IMG/VR virus record: IMGVR_UViG_2706795958_000001
Location: 16,651-80,650 of that record
Direction: 5' to 3' (one strand)
Origin: a virus
Taxonomy: Duplodnaviria > Caudoviricetes
Length of the DNA: 64,000 nucleotides
Every line of letters starts with the position of its first letter. The first letter of the stretch is position 1. Below, piece after piece: positions 39,500-49,554 of the stretch. Under the pieces are notes generated by a model. It did no database searches and had not been told where the DNA came from. It saw only the letters and a program-made list of their open reading frames with translations. Made by a program: the position numbers and the translations under genes.

Positions 39500-39616
39500 T
39501 ACGCCTCTTTTCTTTTAACTTATCTTCACAATGCATTGCCCACAAGATAGGTCCAACACATAGCAAACCTACAATAAATCCATATATTGCGCAGATGGTT
39601 ATTGCAAGGAATGTGT

Positions 39617-40378
39617 TCACAAATTCACCGCCTCAACTAGTGCAGAATCATCCACACCCAAATACAGCTGAGTATGTGTAATCTGAGAATGCCCCAAAAG
39701 GATTTGGGTCAACCTAATGTCCTTGTGTTTGTTGTACACATGAGTTGCAAATGTAGCACGCAAGTCATGGCTCGATACCTGCTCACCGATGACATTGGTA
39801 ACACCTGCACGAGTGAATACCTTGGTAATTCCGCGCCGGGCAGATGCATTGCAAATCGGAACAAAACGCTCAGTCTCGATGCATTCCAGTTCCATTGCAA
39901 GCTCATCCGATATAGGAATACGGCGGAATTTACCACCCTTACCACGTACCATGAGCCTACCTAGAACAATATCACTTCGGGTTGCTGCAATCGTCTCGGC
40001 TACTCGCAGACCAGCGAGCGCCCCCAGAGCCACAGCCGCCCGATGAGCGCCCATCGGTGTGCTGGTCAGCACCGCGCGCACCGTCTCGATTCCTCCGGCC
40101 ACCGGGTGGGGCTGCGGCATAGGCAGTGGTGGTGCAGAATAATCGTTAATTTCCGAATTGATGATACCAGCGAATTTATTGTATGAACGGATAGCTGCAA
40201 GCATCATCTTGATATTAGATGCAGATGCGCCATACTCGCGCTCATCGGTAATCCATTCAGATTGTTCGTACCCGGAACGCTGCCATTCACTAACCTTAGT
40301 GACATACATGCGGATGGTATTACGTGACTTGCCTGTGCGGTTAAGCCATGCTTCAAACTCTTCAATCTGATTGGTCAT
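39617..40378 (-). CDS. XerC/D-like tyrosine recombinase (253 aa, no arm-binding domain)
   Basis: AGLRVAE (R), RGKGGK (K), HDLR (H..R), LLGH, TQLY (Y); RBS ACAGGAGG before ATG 40378. Confidence 0.92.
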   Translation of the reverse strand: MTNQIEEFEAWLNRTGKSRNTIRMYVTKVSEWQRSGYEQSEWITDEREYGASASNIKMMLAAIRSYNKFAGIINSEINDYSAPPLPMPQPHPVAGGIETVRAVLTSTPMGAHRAAVALGALAGLRVAETIAATRSDIVLGRLMVRGKGGKFRRIPISDELAMELECIETERFVPICNASARRGITKVFTRAGVTNVIGEQVSSHDLRATFATHVYNKHKDIRLTQILLGHSQITHTQLYLGVDDSALVEAVNL

Positions 40379-40430
40379 GGTTCCTCCTGTCTGCTCCGCG
40401 TGAGACTCACTGTATGTCATCAGTGTCGGG

Positions 40431-41129
40431 CTAGTCAACCCCCGAGAGGTTGACGAACTTGGTAGCATACGTATTATGGTATTTAACTAAATCGGTGTAG
40501 GTAATCGAATCACCATCACGCACGTACACATCTGCAAGCCAGCGGTTAAATAGGGTTGGTTTATCACCTGCATACCCATTAATGCCAATACGGTCTGTAA
40601 CGTTGGCAAGAAGTGAACGCATTGTCCAAGTATCAGAGTTCATAGTCCAGATAAAGTTATCATTATCACTATGATTTAGTGCCACGAAATCGCCTGCAAT
40701 ATCCACAGAAGGGAATGGTGTCATATTAAAGATGGTTCTACCTTCGGGAAGATTAGCCATCAAAATGGGAACGAATACACCCTTCTTTGGAATCACTGGC
40801 ATGAGAAAAGTGTAATCCTCATTGTTGTTCGTTGACAGCAATACCTTAATGCTGGATTCCACATAACCGCCGGGCTGGTACCCCTCTTCAATTCCTGGGT
40901 ACCAGATAACTTTTTCATCATCCACGCAAGAGAAGATGGATATCTCTTTAGGTGCATTATCTGAGTTCGTTTCATAGCTAACAGAACCGAATTCGCCATG
41001 ACCCATAGTCTCATTGGATAGAGTTAGTCCGAATAAGCTCATCAGTGGTCCGACGGTTGAAATCTTGTGACCGTGCTTATTAATCATCAACCATTCCTTG
41101 ATCTTTAAATACCTGCACTGCTGATTCAA
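40431..41129 (-). CDS. Hypothetical protein (start probably internal)
   Basis: Long ORF in the gene-dense strand. Confidence 0.55.
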   Translation of the reverse strand: MNQQCRYLKIKEWLMINKHGHKISTVGPLMSLFGLTLSNETMGHGEFGSVSYETNSDNAPKEISIFSCVDDEKVIWYPGIEEGYQPGGYVESSIKVLLSTNNNEDYTFLMPVIPKKGVFVPILMANLPEGRTIFNMTPFPSVDIAGDFVALNHSDNDNFIWTMNSDTWTMRSLLANVTDRIGINGYAGDKPTLFNRWLADVYVRDGDSITYTDLVKYHNTYATKFVNLSGVD

Positions 41130-41243
41130 GTTCCAATTCTGATGCAGACTTAGGGATCACCTTTTTGCTCGGCGCTGGCGGCTTGGTTTTCTTTCTGGAT
41201 TTACTCGGCTTTGACTCTGGCTTGCTCTCGAATAATTCAAACA

Positions 41244-41429
41244 CTAGCTTCCAATCTGCTTGTCGTCTGGCATTGGACCATGAGCCAAATAGGCGGTATT
41301 ATATGCATTGTATGCAGAAACTACAGCGGTATCTAGTTTCTCTTTCACGTCACTGGGTAGAAAATTGCAATCAATCTCAACCTCAGTCCTCAGACCCATT
41401 TCATTGTCAATAATAACCCGAACGTTCAT
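41244..41429 (-). CDS. Hypothetical protein
   Basis: ATGA overlap. Confidence 0.5.
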   Translation of the reverse strand: MNVRVIIDNEMGLRTEVEIDCNFLPSDVKEKLDTAVVSAYNAYNTAYLAHGPMPDDKQIGS

Positions 41430-42145
41430 GCCAGTGCCTTAATCTCGTCAATGCTCACGTTATACATCTCAGCAAAAGTCTCGGCATCGAATCCATTTGC
41501 GAGACCCTTTTTAATGGACGCAATAGCAGTCTCGTTAAGCTTAGACTTCTTTTTCTTAGGGCCAGGTTGGGTAGGAGCCGGGGTAGGTGATGGGGTTTCC
41601 GTGGAAACACTCGGTGCCACACCAGACTGAACATTCGCTTCCGTGCCCTGTCCCGCAAGTCGAAGAGAATCCCCGGTCTGTCCCGGTCCCATAAAACCCG
41701 GCGTATCTGGCAGTTCCTCTCCGGCAACTTTAGCCTTATAGCGCTTAACGGCCAGCCGCACCACCTGGTCGGAATTCTCAAATGCGGGCGTGCAAATAAT
41801 AACTAGAGCTTCGGCAAGGCCGCGACCGACAGAGGTTTTTCCCACATATTCAACCTTGTCATTAAGCCAATTCAATTCGTCCTCTGATGAATACCAAGGT
41901 CCAAGCTTCTCGATAGCCTTTTCCCTATTGAGAATTTTACCACCGCCATTCCAGTTCATGGCTTCGGACATTACCTCATCAAGCTTAAGCCAAATTTGTT
42001 GCACTAGAGTAGGTGCCATAACGTTTTTTCTCCTGTCGTGAAATAGCTTATAGTGTTCATCTAATTCGTCCCACTGGGACCGTGCTGATTGCGAATGGTC
42101 TGCCGGTTTATTGCAAACCTGACAGTTCATTGCTACTGCTGTCAT
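41426..42145 (-). CDS. Hypothetical protein with N-terminal Zn-finger and possible C-terminal HTH
   Basis: CQVC...H...H; C-terminal helical DNA-binding-like segment. Confidence 0.6.
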   Translation of the reverse strand: MTAVAMNCQVCNKPADHSQSARSQWDELDEHYKLFHDRRKNVMAPTLVQQIWLKLDEVMSEAMNWNGGGKILNREKAIEKLGPWYSSEDELNWLNDKVEYVGKTSVGRGLAEALVIICTPAFENSDQVVRLAVKRYKAKVAGEELPDTPGFMGPGQTGDSLRLAGQGTEANVQSGVAPSVSTETPSPTPAPTQPGPKKKKSKLNETAIASIKKGLANGFDAETFAEMYNVSIDEIKALA

Positions 42146-42363
42146 AGTAAATCAGCAAATCCGCTGCGCTTAAGACTCATTTTAAGACTAGTGCTAGCTT
42201 CATGGGTCCTTAGCCATTCTTTTATACCTTCAATTTGTTTATCAACCGGTGAATCTTCAAGCTTGAGTCTAGCTAATAGTTGTCCAACAAATGCAGGTTC
42301 GGGTAATTCTTCACCAGGGAGTACGAATACACTGTCATCCCAGAGTCGATGTGAAATACCCAT
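42142..42363 (-). CDS. Hypothetical protein
   Basis: Coupled ORF. Confidence 0.5.
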   Translation of the reverse strand: MGISHRLWDDSVFVLPGEELPEPAFVGQLLARLKLEDSPVDKQIEGIKEWLRTHEASTSLKMSLKRSGFADLL

Positions 42364-42608
42364 TAATCATTATCCTTGCCTAGCTTGTATTTTTGATCAA
42401 TTTTACGCTCATCTGCTGGATTAGCATCAGTTTCTTCACAAGATGAAACATTCCATTCTTCACCAAATTCATATGGATCGAATGCACCTGCATAAGGTTC
42501 ATTATCCAGGGCAATGGTTTCAGCTTCTTCTTTATTTGGTGCAACAATAGTATACGTAGCCGACACTTCGGTAGTGATAGTAACCTGATAAACCTTATTA
42601 TCGCTCAT
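42363..42608 (-). CDS. Hypothetical protein
   Basis: Y.VTI...V....VAPN.EEA.IA small phage family pattern. Confidence 0.55.
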   Translation of the reverse strand: MSDNKVYQVTITTEVSATYTIVAPNKEEAETIALDNEPYAGAFDPYEFGEEWNVSSCEETDANPADERKIDQKYKLGKDND

Positions 42609-42817
42609 TTCTTCAACCCCATCTGTACTAAGAATCCGTATACGGGTGCGCGTACCCACTCATTGTGACCGCGCAATAACACAACCTTCCAATACGTTTC
42701 GCATTCGTCACACTGCCATACGTCTCCTGGTTGTGCGTGATTTGCCTTCTGCTGAGGATCAGGCTTTTTACATTCATGAAACCCTGTGGCTTCACCCTTG
42801 CGTTTAATCCACCCCAT
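42605..42817 (-). CDS. Small zinc-ribbon protein
   Basis: HEC..P...GD.W.C.EC..YW. Confidence 0.55.
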   Translation of the reverse strand: MGWIKRKGEATGFHECKKPDPQQKANHAQPGDVWQCDECETYWKVVLLRGHNEWVRAPVYGFLVQMGLKK

Positions 42818-43026
42818 TACCGCCTCCGTCGTGGCTTAGCTCGAACGCTAGATGTTTTATGGTAATACCCACACCTGCATCTATAAGTACTAGTGGGTCC
42901 AAGACCTGTCTTTGCCCATTGACCGCTAATAGCCCTATTCGCCTCATACTTATTAGTAAATCGTTGCTTGTTAGGCGTAGGGCATTTCTTAGGCATTGCC
43001 TTTCTTTTCCGGGGGACGCCAATCAT
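42817..43026 (-). CDS. Small basic Zn-binding protein
   Basis: CP...K.RF...EA...YRCRCG.YH.TS. Confidence 0.6.
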   Translation of the reverse strand: MIGVPRKRKAMPKKCPTPNKQRFTNKYEANRAISGQWAKTGLGPTSTYRCRCGYYHKTSSVRAKPRRRR

Positions 43027-43246
43027 ATGTCATACCCAGAATAATAAGAGCACCGGCAGACATGCCACACACAAGGCGAACAAACTGAAATCCCCACCAC
43101 CACGGTTGCCACTGCTCCAAGTATACATTGCTCAGGAACGTAAATGATACCCACAAAAATACCATAAACGCCGACATAGTGTACAAAAAACGCTTGGTAA
43201 ACCTAGTTCGGCCAATTTTATTCAGGTGCTTATCAATAGGATTCAT
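42989..43246 (-). CDS. 2-TM membrane protein
   Basis: Two hydrophobic helices. Confidence 0.55.
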   Translation of the reverse strand: MNPIDKHLNKIGRTRFTKRFLYTMSAFMVFLWVSFTFLSNVYLEQWQPWWWGFQFVRLVCGMSAGALIILGMTYDWRPPEKKGNA

Positions 43247-43449
43247 TTCATCTCCAATGTTTCTAGTCCGAGGCTCATCATGCCAATCTTGGACTGCTTT
43301 TTTACTGCCTTACCGAAGGTGGCCGATGGTGATAATCCATGCTTACGAATATAGTCACCATAGTGTTCCATCCACTCAGCCTCGTCTACCTCTGCATCAA
43401 CAACAACCGATACCCTGAGTTTCCCCTTATCCTTCTCAGATGCCGACAT
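43243..43449 (-). CDS. Hypothetical protein
   Basis: Coupled ORF. Confidence 0.5.
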   Translation of the reverse strand: MSASEKDKGKLRVSVVVDAEVDEAEWMEHYGDYIRKHGLSPSATFGKAVKKQSKIGMMSLGLETLEMK

Positions 43450-45640
43450 TATTAATCCTCTTCTCGATTTCCTTAAGAACCGATTTAAGGTCAGTTGGAT
43501 CGGTAACTAGTACGGTATCCATTCCTACCTCATTCGGTGAATCGGTTTCAAGCCCTACGCCAAGCATTGCAATTCCAAGTCTGCGCAGAATCTTAATTTC
43601 TTTCTGAACAATAGGGATCTCTTCGTCGCGTAGAGTGGCAGGAATTTCGCCATCTGTAAAGTAGATGAGCAATTTCTTTCGTGCTCTCGACTTTTCTAGC
43701 ACCTTACGATACACCTGCAAGTTGTGTCCATCAAGGCTACCTGCTGCGGGAATTAATGAAAGGCACTTTTCTTTGGCTACATTATCCCACGGTTCGTTGA
43801 TAGTTTTGCAAGGCAATAGAACCTGATTAATTCGACCTGTAGCATGACCAGTGCGGTGACCATATAGTGAGAAATTAACGTCTACCTTTTGCAGAAGCTC
43901 GGCGGTAGAATATCCAATGTGAATAATGTTCTTGTATAGACCGTTAGAACTCGTGGAACTAGAAAGGTCTAGTCCAATGCATACCTCAAAGTCAACACCT
44001 TGTGCGCGGAGCTTCTTTTTAAAGATACGCTCATCATCTCCCCATGCACGCTTTCCCAGTATTGCCCCGTCAACCTTTCCCTTTGTAAGATTACGGTAGT
44101 TCTTGTCAAGCTTTGATTCAGAAAATACACGCCTAGCATGAATAACAGAAGAGGCAATACTCATCATGTTAGGCGGGTCAACTGGCTTGAATCTTTTTTG
44201 TCGAAGGTTCTCGATAGGATTTACATACACCAATTCACCGACGAGCTTGGTGTACTCATCATAATTCTCAACCTGAGAAATGATAGCAGTAAGATTTTCT
44301 TTACTTACTTCCAGATCATTGAAGTCAATTCGATCATCATTGGCTTCATTAGATTGAACTTCGGAAGTTTTTACATGAATTGTACACTGATGGGGTGAAC
44401 CTATTTGCTCGGGGGAAGGAGCTTGTTCACTAGGAACTGGTGAATTTTGTCCGCCGTTTCCGGTGCCATCGTCGGGAATATCGTCTTTATTAGACTCGGT
44501 AGTGCTATCGCCATCAGACTTATCGTTGCTATCGGACTGTGATAAATCCTGCCCTGATTGACGATCATCAGTATCGTCTGAATTCCCAGAACTATTGTCA
44601 TGCTCATTGTTACCAGTATTGCGTTTTGTCTGCTCACCCTCATCCCTAGAAGAATTCGAGCTATCAGCAGTACCCTGGTCGTCTGCATCCACGGCAGTTT
44701 CGTCTGCTCTATCAGAGCTTCCAGTTCCGTCTGTGGATTCTCCTGATTCACCTCCTGATTCGTTTCCGTCGTCTCTCCCTGGTTCCGATTGTTGTTCGTC
44801 ATCTTCTTCCTGAAAAAATCCGTGCTGCTTCATGAATCCAACAAAAGCCACACTCATGAGCACAGCGTGCATAGGATTTACAAATGGTATATTCTGAGAT
44901 TCTTCAATGAAATTGCGTACAGGAGCAACAACCTTAGGATCGAAATGTTTTTCAATCTCGTGGCCTTGCGCAGCAAACAGCCAGGCACTAAACGATTGAA
45001 TATCTACATGCCTGGACTTCCAGAACGTAATCTTGCCGTCTAGGTCTTCTATACCATTAACAAGAATATTCTCAGCGTCGTGCCATACCATAGTAGCAAA
45101 TCCGGGCTGAGCAATAGTTACCAATTCTTCCATTCGGTAATCTTCAAAGAAATTCCAGCCTTGGCCCACGTAAGGATTGAGCTTATTCGCTAGCTCAACA
45201 GCTTGCATGTAACGATTCTTTTCTCGAATTCGCTTTTGCAACTTAGAAGCATAAGAAATGCCACCGAACTCTACGGCAATGTCCGAGATTTCAGATTGAT
45301 ATTCAAGAGGATCAATCTGAAAATTCAGAGAGTTAAAAATAATATGCCCTAGTTCATGATGCAGATTGGTGTACAGTTCCTCGATCCTGCGGCACCCCGG
45401 GCACAGTTCACGATGATCATCGCCACGCTGATAGCACAGATTGCGTACATGCTCAGGCTTGTGGGCCAGGGTCAGCGGAGGCGTCAGGAAAATAGTCTTA
45501 CCATCAGTTTGTGTAACCGGACCGGCTTTAACTTCCACCCTTTTGCCAGCAAGAGAACTGGCGAAAGAAGAAAGGCTTGGCCTAATTCGATTGAATTCCT
45601 TGACTACCCGTACTGCACGTTCTTCTTTTGTTTCATTCAA
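43436..45640 (-). CDS. vWA-domain protein (CobT/NorD-like partner of the MoxR ATPase)
   Basis: N-terminal HHELGH and ED.R.E, acidic disordered linker, C-terminal MIDAS DLSSS...YFTDG. Confidence 0.87.
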   Translation of the reverse strand: MNETKEERAVRVVKEFNRIRPSLSSFASSLAGKRVEVKAGPVTQTDGKTIFLTPPLTLAHKPEHVRNLCYQRGDDHRELCPGCRRIEELYTNLHHELGHIIFNSLNFQIDPLEYQSEISDIAVEFGGISYASKLQKRIREKNRYMQAVELANKLNPYVGQGWNFFEDYRMEELVTIAQPGFATMVWHDAENILVNGIEDLDGKITFWKSRHVDIQSFSAWLFAAQGHEIEKHFDPKVVAPVRNFIEESQNIPFVNPMHAVLMSVAFVGFMKQHGFFQEEDDEQQSEPGRDDGNESGGESGESTDGTGSSDRADETAVDADDQGTADSSNSSRDEGEQTKRNTGNNEHDNSSGNSDDTDDRQSGQDLSQSDSNDKSDGDSTTESNKDDIPDDGTGNGGQNSPVPSEQAPSPEQIGSPHQCTIHVKTSEVQSNEANDDRIDFNDLEVSKENLTAIISQVENYDEYTKLVGELVYVNPIENLRQKRFKPVDPPNMMSIASSVIHARRVFSESKLDKNYRNLTKGKVDGAILGKRAWGDDERIFKKKLRAQGVDFEVCIGLDLSSSTSSNGLYKNIIHIGYSTAELLQKVDVNFSLYGHRTGHATGRINQVLLPCKTINEPWDNVAKEKCLSLIPAAGSLDGHNLQVYRKVLEKSRARKKLLIYFTDGEIPATLRDEEIPIVQKEIKILRRLGIAMLGVGLETDSPNEVGMDTVLVTDPTDLKSVLKEIEKRINNVGI

Positions 45641-45975
45641 TTGATACCTCCCATTGCCGACTTTTGGTGCTGAGCGAATGCACCAGTCACGATACCATTG
45701 ATTACCAGGTCCATACTACCTTCGGGAACCGAGGAAATAACTCGATCATTAACAATGATATCCCATTGATCGAACTGGTCTCGTCCGTCCACCAGGTGGG
45801 TGATATGGCGAACCTTGAACTTCAATCCGGTTTTAGCTTGTGCAACACCAATCTTGTAACGGATCGAATCAAGCAAGGTGGTAAATTCACCGGGGCCAGG
45901 AACGGTATAAAAACCGCCCACATCTTCTTTGATCTCTACATCAATGGCATCAAAAACAACCTGACGATTAGGCAT
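45637..45975 (-). CDS. Hypothetical protein
   Basis: Coupled ORF. Confidence 0.55.
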   Translation of the reverse strand: MPNRQVVFDAIDVEIKEDVGGFYTVPGPGEFTTLLDSIRYKIGVAQAKTGLKFKVRHITHLVDGRDQFDQWDIIVNDRVISSVPEGSMDLVINGIVTGAFAQHQKSAMGGIN

Positions 45976-46264
45976 TATTAACTCCTAGTACGATATGTCC
46001 GAAATCTGATACAACCTTATTGTACATCTTAATACGTTCTTCTAGATCGCTTGCCAGCTTTTCAACCCTCATCTTTTCTGGCGAGTTGTCGTTAACAATA
46101 GTCAGCGTATCCTTTACCTTTCTAGCCATAAGCAAAGCTTCATCGAGGATTATGACCGGAACAAACACAGACTCAGTGAGAATCATCTGCGTAAGAATAG
46201 CCACAATATCTTCAACACTTGGGTTGCTTAAATTGGGTACCTCTGGCATTGGAACATTACTCAT
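45968..46264 (-). CDS. Hypothetical protein
   Basis: Coupled ORF. Confidence 0.55.
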   Translation of the reverse strand: MSNVPMPEVPNLSNPSVEDIVAILTQMILTESVFVPVIILDEALLMARKVKDTLTIVNDNSPEKMRVEKLASDLEERIKMYNKVVSDFGHIVLGVNNA

Positions 46265-46433
46265 ATCTTTTCCTTAGCTCATCCGGTGAAAACGACCATT
46301 CCATCCCGTCAATCCAGTCATATTCAATAATTACTCTGTCGCCTTCTACTCTGACAATTTCGCCTTTGTTATTAGAAGGTGCTCTGGTTTTTACCTCCAC
46401 CTTAGTACCGGGTCTACAATTTTTAAGCTTCAT
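46257..46433 (-). CDS. Small SH3/KOW-like protein (58 aa), not in ORF track
   Basis: MKLKNCRPGTKVEV...KGEIVRVEGDRVIIEY; AAGGA RBS. Confidence 0.5.
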   Translation of the reverse strand: MKLKNCRPGTKVEVKTRAPSNNKGEIVRVEGDRVIIEYDWIDGMEWSFSPDELRKRYE

Positions 46434-46584
46434 GCTTTTTCCTTATATTGTTCACATTCACATTCAAAGCAATAGCTTGTTTGCATTCCGCATGGACAAC
46501 CTTCATGGTCTAAATGGGCGTGTCCACAAATACAATTAGGAAGTTTTTCATCTGGATCACTTGGATCACAATAGCAGATAGTCA

Positions 46585-47016
46585 TTAGAAATGCTGTCCA
46601 GCCTTGCGCTTTGTGGCTAAAACCTCGGAGTAGTGACGGTTCTCTTCCAGGAGTTCCTTCACGGAATTAAGAGCACCGAAAGACCGGTCATTAAAATCAT
46701 CATAGGTAGATGCAATATCTACCAAGGTTTTGAGCAGAGGCTCAGAAATGGCAACCTTGTCACTATCATGCAGTGCCGTGTACAGCATATCAGCCAGGAT
46801 GGCATAAGGGAAGGCTAGAAATGCATCAGGCAATCCAGTAACAGTAATTGGTTCACGCGGAATCTTGTCCAGATTATCGTAATCCGTAGCCTGAACCGAA
46901 TTAGCGGTATTATTCATTATCAATTGCAGATTAAAATGCTTACGCTCTCTTTCGCTCTGCTGATACATGCCATATGCAGACTGAATACCATGAGCAACAG
47001 CAACAAGAATACCTGT
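46585..47016 (-). CDS. Hypothetical protein
   Basis: GGAGG RBS before the ATG of MNFTGIL. Confidence 0.55.
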   Translation of the reverse strand, partial: TGILVAVAHGIQSAYGMYQQSERERKHFNLQLIMNNTANSVQATDYDNLDKIPREPITVTGLPDAFLAFPYAILADMLYTALHDSDKVAISEPLLKTLVDIASTYDDFNDRSFGALNSVKELLEENRHYSEVLATKRKAGQHF

Positions 47017-47075
47017 AAAGTTCATATTTCCTCCAAAAAGCCAGCTTTTATTTTGTCCGATATTTGAGAGACCTA

Positions 47076-48677
47076 TCACCGTGAATTACTCTTAACAATC
47101 CCCAATACAATTTCCCCTGAGTCTGGATCAATAAAGTCCACGATAGCTAGCCTAAAGCAATCAACGATATTGAAATACTGAGTAGCCAATGCCACCTTAA
47201 TTGTCTGTGCAGTTCCCCACCTAAATGGCAATGTGTCGCTAGCAGACTGAGCACGAATAACATTGACAATTCTACTGATAGTGTTGTACAGGGAAGTTGG
47301 CAGTGCATATCCATCGGTGAGGCAGCGTTCCATAATGATTTGCTTTTCAGTCGCTGCATCTGGTGGTGGTACATAAATGTGCATCAATCGACGTGCATCA
47401 GCATCTCCAATTTCATGAGTACCCACATTGAGAATGTCCCACACAGGATTCATTGCCATGCCGAAATAGCAATGCTCATTCTTCGGAATCTTCTGACCTT
47501 TATCCATATCCAATACAAGTTGCTTGGAATTGTCGGTGAGTGGTCGGAAGAATTGCCATACATCAGGCGGTCCAACGTTAGGCTCATCAATTACCAGAAC
47601 GCAGCGAGAATTCCAAGCCTTGGGAATAACACCCATTTGAAAATAGGTACCAATATCCTTGGCGTACTCAGTCTTTCCAGCCAGGTGGTCGATATCCGTG
47701 GAGTTATTAATAGACACACGGCGAAATGGTAGCTGCATCTGGTAAGCAATAAACCTAAATGCTTCTGTCTTTCCTACGCCTGCCGTACCGGAAAGGCTCG
47801 GAGTAAACCCCATCTTCCATAGTGCAAGCATTCTGTAGAGCAATCCAAGGTGGTCTAGATATAGCTCGGGGTGCTCATCATCGCCAGGACGTGGGATATT
47901 TTTCCTGTCCTCGTCATTGAATGACGACGGATTGAAGATGGGCATCATAATATAGCGTGTTCCATTAGGTTCGGTAACCTTACGCCACGCCTGAATGCCG
48001 TGAATCTTCTTATCTTCTTCGCTTACCAATTGATCAGTCTGGTAATCTAGCGGATCATCGAATTTCATATTCTCTGGCGCAATATCTAGAACCATGTCAG
48101 GAAAGATATCTACCGTTGCGATATTGTTGTCACTGTTTGGACCCTTAACACCCTTATGGCAAGTGCGAGCAATAGGGGCACCTTGTCCCGGAAGAATAAG
48201 GGTGCCGTACACAGTACAAGCGGGCAGGGTAGATTCCACACCAATTTCTGCGGACACCGCGTTAATAGGTGCTCGTCTAAATGCACAGAATGCACATGAT
48301 GCAGGCTTTTCTTGGTCGCTGTTTCGTGGCCCCGGATCAAATGTCGGAATACCTAGGGTAATCCACTTGTGGTTATACTCTGCTGGTTCTGAATTGATAG
48401 CGGGAGAAATTGCCGATGTTTCCCATTCATCGCAATTGCTAGCAATACTGTCCTGAATCTTTATAGTGTTTTCTGGACTATCATTAGTGTTGGAAATAAT
48501 TCTACCGAACTTAGCACATACGTCATTGCCAACAGTGTCATTAAAAAGCCGTGCTCCAACCTCAGGCTTTTTACCGTCGATAAAGTGAATGCATGTACGG
48601 CAGTTCTTTTGCAGCTTTGCTTGACCATCGGGCGCTGGTGCTACATTAGGCACACTAGGCATACTAGTCATCGTCAC
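47076..48677 (-). CDS. MoxR/CobS-family AAA+ ATPase with Cys-rich N-terminus
   Basis: Walker A GTAGVGKT, Walker B LVIDE, AMNP, DA.ARR; N-terminal C..C..., C..C repeats. Confidence 0.9.
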   Translation of the reverse strand: MTMTSMPSVPNVAPAPDGQAKLQKNCRTCIHFIDGKKPEVGARLFNDTVGNDVCAKFGRIISNTNDSPENTIKIQDSIASNCDEWETSAISPAINSEPAEYNHKWITLGIPTFDPGPRNSDQEKPASCAFCAFRRAPINAVSAEIGVESTLPACTVYGTLILPGQGAPIARTCHKGVKGPNSDNNIATVDIFPDMVLDIAPENMKFDDPLDYQTDQLVSEEDKKIHGIQAWRKVTEPNGTRYIMMPIFNPSSFNDEDRKNIPRPGDDEHPELYLDHLGLLYRMLALWKMGFTPSLSGTAGVGKTEAFRFIAYQMQLPFRRVSINNSTDIDHLAGKTEYAKDIGTYFQMGVIPKAWNSRCVLVIDEPNVGPPDVWQFFRPLTDNSKQLVLDMDKGQKIPKNEHCYFGMAMNPVWDILNVGTHEIGDADARRLMHIYVPPPDAATEKQIIMERCLTDGYALPTSLYNTISRIVNVIRAQSASDTLPFRWGTAQTIKVALATQYFNIVDCFRLAIVDFIDPDSGEIVLGIVKSNSR

Positions 48678-49554
48678 CGTCCTTATTACTTCTAGCTAGG
48701 GCTGTATCAATATCCATTCTTGTTAGTTTCTCTGCGCATACTGGCCCAATGCCACGTTTTACAGACTCCAATATTTCAATTTTTCTGCCGCAAACTGCAC
48801 AGAATTTATACTGCTCGCACAATGCTAGTACTTCATCTTGTGTCATCGGATTCTGATAGATGAGCTTTCTAAACATGGAAGATGGTGACTCCATGAATGT
48901 TACTTCATTACTACTCTCTGACATAAGAGAAACTTCTACCTTGCGAGATTTGCCGACACGGCGGATTCTGAATATAGAATCTTTATAGACATAGAACCCA
49001 GACTTAAACATGTCCGCATTAATAGCCCACTTGTAACGCTCGTCTACGTTTTCCAAAACCTTAAGAGCTTTGGTTATAAACTCTAGTCTCTCATTAGATG
49101 ATTTAAGTGCTTGGTGTACAAATTCTCTGTAGTTAGAAAAAATATTTTTTAGCCGGTTTGCATTATCCAGTGATGAATATGCACGATCATCGTAAATATA
49201 TGATGCATTTATATCTACTTGAAAATGGAATGCTTCAACAAGCTGGTTTAAATTTTTCCTATCTCTTTCTCTGGCTATTGCTGCGTCATCAAGTTTAGAC
49301 CTGTTCTTTTCAATATTCTGAAACAGGGTAGTGATTACCGCATGAGCTTGAGATTTATCAAAGTCCCAATGATATAGCTTAGAATTGTAGAGTTCGGTAG
49401 TGAACTGATTAAACAGTTTTTCTATACCCTCGTCTGATGTTTTATAATCCCTAACTATACTCATAAATCCCTCTATTTGCTCATCTACATCGGTAAATGC
49501 AACAATTTGCATACCCTTCTTGTCTTCTGGTATCTGTTCCAGCTTCTCTGTCAT
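48664..49554 (-). CDS. DUF6011-like protein
   Basis: C-terminal CAVCGR.I...ESV.RGIGPVC. Confidence 0.75.
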   Translation of the reverse strand: MTEKLEQIPEDKKGMQIVAFTDVDEQIEGFMSIVRDYKTSDEGIEKLFNQFTTELYNSKLYHWDFDKSQAHAVITTLFQNIEKNRSKLDDAAIARERDRKNLNQLVEAFHFQVDINASYIYDDRAYSSLDNANRLKNIFSNYREFVHQALKSSNERLEFITKALKVLENVDERYKWAINADMFKSGFYVYKDSIFRIRRVGKSRKVEVSLMSESSNEVTFMESPSSMFRKLIYQNPMTQDEVLALCEQYKFCAVCGRKIEILESVKRGIGPVCAEKLTRMDIDTALARSNKDGDDD

